Shown: positions 57,153 through 64,000 of the stretch, one piece after another
Layout: every line of letters starts with the position of its first letter
Position numbering within the stretch: the stretch's first letter is position 1
NCBI GenBank assembly: GCA_041690135.1
Contig: JAWLHY010000001.1
Location: 608,001 to 672,000 of the forward strand
Length of the DNA stretch: 64,000 bases
Origin: Armatimonadota bacterium
Lineage (GTDB): Bacteria; Armatimonadota; SYMT01
Direction of reading: 5' to 3'
The notes under the pieces: model-generated
What the model saw: the letters and a program-made list of their open reading frames with translations, nothing else
What the model was told of the DNA's origin: nothing
Database searches by the model: none
Made by a program: the position numbers and the translations under genes

Positions 57153-58713
57153 ACCGCCCCTCGTGCTGGCCTGCTTCCTGCCAGCGGTAAAGCGTCCAGC
57201 CCTCGGTCTCACCGCAGGGACGAAAATGCGTGTTCAGGGTAGTTTCCAACGCTTCCAGGAACGGCCCGCGCTTCCAGGTAGCCAGCGTGGGCCAGTGGAT
57301 CAGCACCAGGCGGGCCGAGCCAGACCGGAGGCGGGCGAGCGTTTCGGCGCGGGGACCCGGAAACCAGAGGAAGTTGGGCCCGAAGTGCCGGCCCGCGCTC
57401 CGGCGGCGCGCTTCCACATAGACTTCGCTGCGCGGATAACACCAGATCCGCTCTTCCGGCCGGGTGAGCGTGCGCACGGCCATCTCCGGAGTGGGGTAGG
57501 TGTCCGGGCGGTTGGGGGCCGAGGGGAGGGCCGCCGGTTTCGCCTCGGGTTGGGTCTGCGGCACCGTACCGCCCCGCACCAGCCGCCGGACGACTGCCTG
57601 GGCCGGCGCCCGGAGGGTGGTGACCACCGAGGAGCCGAACCCCAGCACCAGCAGGGCGGCGACGAAACCATAGAGCGGCTGAAGGGCCCCGGCGTCGTCA
57701 GTCTCGCGGCGGTCCAAATAGGTAAGGAGGCCGGGAGAGAGCAGCGCGAGTGGTACCAGCACCGGCTTGAGCTGGTGGCCATAGTAGGCGCCCTGCGCTA
57801 TCACCAGCGCCAGGTCCAGGACCGCCCAGGCGGCAACGATCCGAACGGCTGTGGAGTTGGAAGCTGCGGAGCCCGAGGCGGCTATCCCCACCCGCGTGCC
57901 CGCCAGCGCGAGGGCGGCAAAAAGGACGGCCGGCGCGGGAAGGCCCGCGGTCCCGGTCTCCACGGAGTTGCGCAGGTGGTGGGCCGGGGACATGACGGTG
58001 GTCCGCAGCGCGCCGAACACGACTTCAACGAACGCGGGCGCCGCTCCCCGGATCCCGAAGTAGAGGAAGGCGAGAGCAAAGGGGAGCACGGCGAAAGCAG
58101 AAAGAATGACAGCATGTCGCCAGCAGCCCCGAGCATCCGTCCGGGCCCACCATACGAGCGCCAACACCGCAGCCGTCTCGATGAGGAACACGGGCTTGAA
58201 GAGGAGTGCCAGACCGCACAACAGGCCGGCGCCGGCCGCGACCGGGCCGGTGCGAGAGCGACCCAGTGCCAGGACCGCGGCTCCGCTTACGCACAGGACT
58301 CCAAAGGTCTCCGTATCGGCGAAGGGATGGTCTACCTGCGGAGAACAGGCCGCAATCAGGAACAGCGGCCCGGCCAGCAGCCCGCGCCGGGACCCCCACA
58401 GGCGCGCGCCGGTGAGCGACACGCACCCCGCGGCCACACAGATGGCAGTCAGCCCCAGGAGGCGGCCGAGAACCGGGTTGCCATCCGCTCCCATCCAGAG
58501 CAGCAGCCAGACCAGGAAAATGGCGGGGGGCTTGTTCTCGTAGGCATCCCGGTAGGGGAGGTCCCCTGTAGCCCAGGCAAAGCCAACGTAACGGAAGATC
58601 CACTCGTCCGCGCCGGCGGTCCGGAACGCCGTGAGTGCCGCCCCCGCGACGGCCGCCAGTGCGAGACCGAGGGGAACGTGCCAGAGCCAGGGATCGCGGA
58701 GGGGACGAACCAC
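57067..58713 (-). CDS. ArnT/PMT-like GT-C glycosyltransferase
   Basis: DE after TM1, LPYRDAYENKPP, GLALLFKP. Confidence 0.8.
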   Translation of the reverse strand: MVRPLRDPWLWHVPLGLALAAVAGAALTAFRTAGADEWIFRYVGFAWATGDLPYRDAYENKPPAIFLVWLLLWMGADGNPVLGRLLGLTAICVAAGCVSLTGARLWGSRRGLLAGPLFLIAACSPQVDHPFADTETFGVLCVSGAAVLALGRSRTGPVAAGAGLLCGLALLFKPVFLIETAAVLALVWWARTDARGCWRHAVILSAFAVLPFALAFLYFGIRGAAPAFVEVVFGALRTTVMSPAHHLRNSVETGTAGLPAPAVLFAALALAGTRVGIAASGSAASNSTAVRIVAAWAVLDLALVIAQGAYYGHQLKPVLVPLALLSPGLLTYLDRRETDDAGALQPLYGFVAALLVLGFGSSVVTTLRAPAQAVVRRLVRGGTVPQTQPEAKPAALPSAPNRPDTYPTPEMAVRTLTRPEERIWCYPRSEVYVEARRRSAGRHFGPNFLWFPGPRAETLARLRSGSARLVLIHWPTLATWKRGPFLEALETTLNTHFRPCGETEGWTLYRWQEAGQHEGRFKFDTLPGRPRRPGVGAIASKATSAPKS

Positions 58714-58758
58714 AGGGCCATAATGCCTCTACCGATGGCACTGGTGCATCATTTTTCG

Positions 58759-58970
58759 CCACAGAGGGACACAGACGGAACAAGAGGGGACACAGAGCTT
58801 CGCCGATTAGCCTCGCCGTACTCGCGATGGCGGTCCCGGCTTCGTGGCTAGATCCGGCCTCCAGGCTGGTTGTGTACGTGAACAGCGTTCGACTCCAGCC
58901 GACTTTTCGAGTGAGGTGGGGTGCGGGACTTGTGGGGTCCGATCACGATCACGATTACGATCACGATTGA
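58759..58970 (+). repeat. Short tandem repeats: CACAGAG-type 9/10-mers (58759-58797) and GATCAC hexamers x5 (58941-58970)
   Basis: Visible directly in the sequence. Confidence 0.75.
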
Positions 58971-58991
58971 GACTGTGGGTGCCGAGACCCG

Positions 58992-59932
58992 TCAGCGGAG
59001 GTTGAGCGGGACGGTGTCGGGGACGGGAGGGGCCTGGCCCAACTTCTCCGGGAGGTGGTCGAACTCCAGCTTGACGACGAGAACAGTGTTTGGTAGCTCG
59101 TTCACGGGAAGGTTGCGGAGGCGCAGGTAGGCTTTGTGCTCCACGTGCTCGCTGGGGACCAGCTCGACTTTGAACGGCACTGGCTTGCCGGTGTTCAGCA
59201 GGGTTGCGCGGCGGGGAGCGATGTCGATCGGCTTCAACTTGACCGCGGCGGATGTGGGGTCGCGGTGGAGGTGGACGTAAAGGGTGTTGCCGCGCCGGGT
59301 CAGCAGCACGTTCCGGTTGGTGGTGAGGTATGAAGCCGCCTCCAACTCCCCATTTGGCGTCCCTGGTTGGGGTAGTGGGGGTGGTGCCAGTCGACGCACG
59401 AGTAGTAAAGGCAGAGAGGGAAGCCTCGCCGGTGACAGGCATCGGCGAGGAGCTTCAGCGCGTCCTTGCCGTAGGGCGTGTTCATCGTGTTGAAGGCGGT
59501 TTGTTTCGTGTCCCACAGGCAGAAGCCGTCATGATGCTTGGTGGTGACACAGACGTACTTCATGCCCGCCTCCTCGGCCAGGTCGAGCCACTGGTCCGGA
59601 TCGAACTTCACCGGGTTCCAGCGCTGCGCGAGCTTGACGTACTCCGCGCGGGGCACGCGGCCGCGCCACTGGTGCTGCTCGTGCCAGCCGGGAATGGCGT
59701 ACAGCCCCCAGTGGATGAACATCCCGAACCGCTTCTCGAAGAACCAGTCGCGCCGGTCACCGAAGCGTTTGATCCGGGGGCGGGCCGGAGAGGAACCGGT
59801 TCGGGGCTGTTGCTGGGCGGCCGCAGTCTCGCCGCCCGCACCGGCCAGGGACAGAAGACCCAGGCCACCCGCGGAACCTCGCAGCATAGCGCGGCGGCTC
59901 AACGACAGTTCATTTCCCCTCTGCTCATCCAT
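58992..59932 (-). pseudogene. Alpha-L-fucosidase (GH29), Tat-exported, with internal deletion and frameshift near 59355
   Basis: RFGMFIHWGLY, KHHDGFCLWDT, LYYS..DWHHP, then a jump to the C-terminal beta domain (TRRGNTLYVH) in another frame. Confidence 0.85.
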
Positions 59933-60088
59933 CTTTCCCACCTCCCCGTGGCTGCGGTTCTTCTGATCTCTACGTTGACCGAAGGCGTGGAGATCTCATT
60001 CCCGAGTGCCGGTTTGGCGATGGGGTTGCTGGGAACGATGGGAGCGGAGAGAAGCGTGTGACGCGTGCCTGGAAAGAGGAGGAGAGCC

Positions 60089-60574
60089 ATGCCGACGGAA
60101 CGGAGCGAATCGTTGCGCCACGAGGCCGCCGCGGAGCCGATCCCGCGCGACGGGTGGGAGGAGTTCCTCCAGCGTTTTTCCACGCTCAATTCCGAGACGC
60201 CGGTCCGGATCCAGGTCAGCGGCGGCTCCGCCGAGGGCATGCGACTGATGGCCGAGTGGCAGCCGCTCCTGGACGTGACCTTGGACGATGAGGCGGGTAT
60301 GCCCGTGATCGTCGTGGAGTGCGGCGACCCGAGTTCCATCGAGGCATCGGGGTTCCGTCCGAACGCACTGCGGCACCTGGTCCGGGAGCCGACCGGCCTG
60401 TGGGCGCGGCGGTCCGGTCCCGAGGGATGGGACGCCCTGGAGATCGAAAGCGCCGACGGCTCCGTGATCGTTTCCCTCGGATCGCCCGCGGAAGGCGCCT
60501 CGCCCATTGAGGATGTCGAGCAAGAGTTGATGTGGGCCGGACGCCGGGGGAAGGTGCAACCGGAAGAGTTGTGA
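60089..60574 (+). CDS. DUF5335-like hypothetical protein
   Basis: IPRDGWEEFLQRFS...ALEIESADGS; RBS GAGGAGG. Confidence 0.65.
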   Translation: MPTERSESLRHEAAAEPIPRDGWEEFLQRFSTLNSETPVRIQVSGGSAEGMRLMAEWQPLLDVTLDDEAGMPVIVVECGDPSSIEASGFRPNALRHLVREPTGLWARRSGPEGWDALEIESADGSVIVSLGSPAEGASPIEDVEQELMWAGRRGKVQPEEL

Positions 60575-60759
60575 AGTTGAGCATCCGCGTTCCCTTCCAC
60601 GACTACCAGCGGATGGTCTCCGAGGCCGGCGTGGCCCGGCGTGAAGTCGTGGCAGGTCTCCCGGAGTTGCCGGCCCCGGAAACCCTGCGAGAAGCGGTGT
60701 GGCGGCGGAGCGACGTCGTGCAGGAGCGCCGGCAACGCAAAGGTCGTGAACTCGCCTGA
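60571..60759 (+). CDS. Small hypothetical protein
   Basis: GTGA start/stop overlap with the upstream gene. Confidence 0.45.
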   Translation: MKLSIRVPFHDYQRMVSEAGVARREVVAGLPELPAPETLREAVWRRSDVVQERRQRKGRELA

Positions 60760-60774
60760 TGCGGCTCGCGAGAT

Positions 60775-61224
60775 TCACGGCTCGTTCGCGGTGATGTCCG
60801 CGGCGTAACCCCTGCCCCTGGGGAGGCCATCCGATCCGAGTGAAGTCAGCGCATAAGGCTCGCCGGCCCGACCGGGTACCTGGTACACGTACGGGTTGCC
60901 CCACGGGTCCGCCGGAACGTACTCCAGGTAAGGCCCCTTCCAATGCTTCCGCAGCGCCGGTTCCTCCGGCGCGACCGTCAGCGCCTTCAGTCCGACTTCG
61001 GTCTCCGGCAGGCGCCCCATGTCCCGCGAGTACCGGTCCAGCACTTCCGCGAAGTTCCCGATCTGGGCCCGCGCCGCCTTCAGTTTGGCCTCATCGGACC
61101 GGCGGGGACCCATCGATGGAAGAGGCGTGGTCAGTGCCCCCAGCGCCAGGAAGAGGACAACGCCGGCCGCAACGATGAGAATGCGTTGATCCAGTTGGCC
61201 CCGGTCTCGTGTGCCTAGTTGCAT
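60775..61224 (-). CDS. gspG: GspG-like type II secretion pseudopilin
   Basis: GLKAL, WKGPYL...DPWGNPYVYQVPG, SLGSDG..G.G..ADI. Confidence 0.82.
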   Translation of the reverse strand: MQLGTRDRGQLDQRILIVAAGVVLFLALGALTTPLPSMGPRRSDEAKLKAARAQIGNFAEVLDRYSRDMGRLPETEVGLKALTVAPEEPALRKHWKGPYLEYVPADPWGNPYVYQVPGRAGEPYALTSLGSDGLPRGRGYAADITANEP

Positions 61225-61444
61225 CGGTCTCTCCCGCGGGAAGATCGGGTGAACGGCTCAGCAGCGTGGACGCCGGCTGTGGCGAAGGATCAAGACCCGG
61301 ACGGACTTCCGCGTAACCCATTCCGCAGATTAGCTGTTTGGGATGAGTGGATGTAAGTGCCCGACTTACCGCATGGGATCTCATCCGTCACGGGCGGAGT
61401 GACCCAGGTTTCAGGTGTTGGGATCTCTTTTCGGAAGGAGCTAC

Positions 61445-62212
61445 ATGATGCCGGGCGGTAGAGATGAACTGTCTGCGGGACGCGTGGCTACGGCAGCGGA
61501 CCTCCAGGAGATCGATGTGAGGCTCTCACAGCTCGAGCAGGTGCTCGTGCGGCGCCGGAACGACGCTCAGGTGTGGAAAGGGGTCGCGGTAGGCGCCATT
61601 CTGGCCCTGGCCATAGCGGCGCGAGTCGGCAGCCAGGGCGGTGCCGCGATTGCGGCAGAGGAGCGCAAAGTGCGGGCACCCTTTGTGGTGGTGGACGAGC
61701 GCGGAAAGACACTGCTGCGTGTCCGAAAGGGAGAAAGCGGTGGCGTGTTGGAGGTTCTGCGTTCCAACGGAAACGTTCAGGCAACTCTCGCCTGCGGCGA
61801 CGACGGCGGGGAATTCACCGTTTCGGGACGGACCGGGACTCCCGTGGGTGAACTGAGCTCCGTCAACGGCGGTTCCCTGTGGCTACGGTATCCGAACGGC
61901 CAACAAGCCGTGAGGTTCGGGAATCACCCAACAGGCGCCGCCATGGCCATGCACGATATTCACCGAACCAAGGTGCTGGCGATGGGCACCTCCGGCATTG
62001 ACAACATGACCTATCTCAAGGTCTTCAACCGAGAAGGGCAGGAAGCCGTCTCTCTGGAGGAAACCCCGGTGGGTGGAAGCATTGCGTGTTTCACGGAAAC
62101 GCTCCAGCGCGACCAGCCAACCCATCCCGTGGTACGGGTGGAAGCAACCCCGACAGGCGGCAAGCTGACCCTGTTCGACCGTGCCGGCAAATCGCGGACG
62201 GTTTCTCCCTGA
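61445..62212 (+). CDS. Hypothetical membrane-anchored protein with beta-repeats
   Basis: Coiled coil, TM segment, roughly 23-aa GGxLxxxxxNG repeats; RBS AAGGAG. Confidence 0.75.
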   Translation: MMPGGRDELSAGRVATAADLQEIDVRLSQLEQVLVRRRNDAQVWKGVAVGAILALAIAARVGSQGGAAIAAEERKVRAPFVVVDERGKTLLRVRKGESGGVLEVLRSNGNVQATLACGDDGGEFTVSGRTGTPVGELSSVNGGSLWLRYPNGQQAVRFGNHPTGAAMAMHDIHRTKVLAMGTSGIDNMTYLKVFNREGQEAVSLEETPVGGSIACFTETLQRDQPTHPVVRVEATPTGGKLTLFDRAGKSRTVSP

Positions 62213-62232
62213 CGTCCCCAGCCCAGGGATAA

Positions 62233-62889
62233 TTGGGGCATGCCGAGCTATTTGCCGGTGCTTCATACGTCCGGTTGCGTCAAGATCAAGATCGAATATG
62301 CAGCCGTCGCGTTTATGGAAGCCGAGGCTTTCGGATTACGCCTGAACCCGGTTTCGCCGGTGGTGTTCGTATTGAAAGTCGAATGATGAACTTCTCACCT
62401 GCGTTTCGAGTTTTCGGACACATACCGAAATGGCATCCCGACAAGATACCACCCGAGTACGGTAGCTCGGGACTCCACCTGTTAGCGGTTGTTCCCGATG
62501 TATCCGTGAGGCGAATCGTCCGGATACCCCTGGGCATTTTCATCGGCAACAGTGCGAGCGACACGGAATGGGTTGACCCCCGCTTCAAGCTTGGCGCGCA
62601 GATTCGGATCCGATTAGAGGATGGGGAAGGCAACCCAATCGAGGTTGAGGATTATCGCAAACATGTACTGCTACCCCCATTCCTGTCGAGGGACGAATAC
62701 TCCATTCTCGACCCAGGAACCTGCATAGGAACCTGGGATCTTTCCCCCTCGGCGCTGATCGTGCCTGTAACGGGGCAGGTGAAGGTCAAGGTCACGTATG
62801 TGCGGTGTAGACTCTCCTGTGCGGAGGAGCTTGGTGTCACGCTCAACGAAGTGGCGCCCATCGAGTTCTTGCTGAACGTGCTTGAGTGA
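62233..62889 (+). CDS. Hypothetical protein (visibly lower GC; start may be 62383)
   Basis: Open frame fills the gap; no recognisable motif. Confidence 0.5.
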   Translation: MGHAELFAGASYVRLRQDQDRICSRRVYGSRGFRITPEPGFAGGVRIESRMMNFSPAFRVFGHIPKWHPDKIPPEYGSSGLHLLAVVPDVSVRRIVRIPLGIFIGNSASDTEWVDPRFKLGAQIRIRLEDGEGNPIEVEDYRKHVLLPPFLSRDEYSILDPGTCIGTWDLSPSALIVPVTGQVKVKVTYVRCRLSCAEELGVTLNEVAPIEFLLNVLE

Positions 62890-62929
62890 GGAGGTACGTT
62901 CCGTACCCGGTCCCTCCAGAGCCGCGAAA

Positions 62930-63742
62930 TCAGTCCCGAGTCGCCGGCAGGTCCCGGCGAAGTTCGTCCAGGCGTAACCGGATCGCTTCGTGGTCTTCCG
63001 GGGTGGACGGATGGCCGGCGCGGTGCACGCTTTCGGCGATGGCGCGCATCCGGCGGCATTCGCTGAAGCCCAGGTAGCCGAGAGCCGTTAACCCCCGGTG
63101 GTCCCTCACGCTGGGGTCGGCACCGTGCCGCAGAAGAAAGGCGACGTTGGCGGGACTGCCTTGAAGCACGGCGTAGGTCAGAGGGGTCCAGCCGTTGCGG
63201 TCCCGCGCGTTCACATCGGCGCCCGCGCGGCAGAGAACTTCCAGCATGCGGAGGTCGCCCTCGCGGACCAGCATCAAGGGTGTGGCGCCGGCCGGGTCGC
63301 GAGCATCCGCTGGAACACCGTGCCGGAGAAGGAGCTTCACCACCCCCACGTGGCCGGCCGGGAACGGTCCGTCGGGGCTGACCGCGTAGTGGATGGCGGA
63401 CATGCAGGGAGAACCGTCGTCGTGGAATGAGGGCAGGTTGGGATCCGCACCCGCGGAAAGCAACTCCCGCACGACACTGACCCGCCCCACGTTGGCCGCC
63501 AGGACCAGCACCGGCATCCCGCATTCCCGGAAGTTGGGGTCCTGCCCCCGCGCCAGCAGCATCCGTACCGTCGCCGCCCGCCCATGGTATGCCGCCAGGG
63601 CCAGCGCTCCCCAGCCGGACCCCGGTGGGTTTGGGTCCGCGCCGGCCTCCAGCAGGACTTGCAGACCGGCCGTATCCCCGCGCCGCGCGGCCTCCCGGAT
63701 CGGTTCTGCCCGGGAGTCTAGCGCCGTCGCCTCCTCGCACAT
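62930..63742 (-). CDS. Ankyrin repeat protein
   Basis: Repeated LL..GADPN / G.TPL motifs; RBS GGAGGG. Confidence 0.9.
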   Translation of the reverse strand: MCEEATALDSRAEPIREAARRGDTAGLQVLLEAGADPNPPGSGWGALALAAYHGRAATVRMLLARGQDPNFRECGMPVLVLAANVGRVSVVRELLSAGADPNLPSFHDDGSPCMSAIHYAVSPDGPFPAGHVGVVKLLLRHGVPADARDPAGATPLMLVREGDLRMLEVLCRAGADVNARDRNGWTPLTYAVLQGSPANVAFLLRHGADPSVRDHRGLTALGYLGFSECRRMRAIAESVHRAGHPSTPEDHEAIRLRLDELRRDLPATRD

Positions 63743-64000
63743 GTAGTCAGTCCCTCCCAAATGTTCGCCCGGGTCAGGCTACTTTCCCAGCCTCTTCGGA
63801 AACACTGCATCTTTGAGTGTATTCCATACCGGTGGTGGCAGCGGAGTCCCACACGGCGCGACGGGTGCAAGCTCAGGACCTTCCGCTCTGCAATCCGGGT
63901 GCGGGGGTGCGATCCTGGGCGGTGGAGACCCTAACTCCGCCGGGTGTACGCCCCGACCGTGGATGAGGAGTGCCGTGGAATGCCGGGTGCCCTGACCAGG

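Noticed and set aside
61225-61440. Possible riboswitch between gspG and the downstream gene
   Set aside because: No recognisable aptamer consensus on either strand

Overview
This is a GC-rich bacterial chromosomal segment with about 55 genes. The gene set (two DUF1501 genes, a DUF1549/DUF1553 plus planctomycete cytochrome c gene, DUF1080, sulfatase, DUF4058) suggests an Armatimonadota- or Planctomycetota-like organism; this is inference. The left 2 kb looks like the end of an island integrated at tRNA-Ser(CGA), carrying a Swt1-like HEPN gene and a hybrid tRNA with a degenerate 3' half. The rest is mostly housekeeping and carbohydrate genes (argS, an M16 peptidase pair, mobA, two USPs) and a surface-polysaccharide cluster at 48-58.7 kb. 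Main points of interest: (1) a frameshifted four-helix-bundle (23S-IVP/Avd-like) gene enclosed by inverted GTTGAAG/CTTCAAC heptamer arrays inside a putative operon, with related 6/7/9-mer arrays elsewhere; (2) a deiodinase-like selenoprotein candidate with an in-frame TGA and a SECIS-like hairpin; (3) several REP-like palindrome families, a stand-alone Y1 HUH TnpA without IS ends, and two genes with in-frame repeat insertions. All calls come from reading the sequence by eye; no searches were run.
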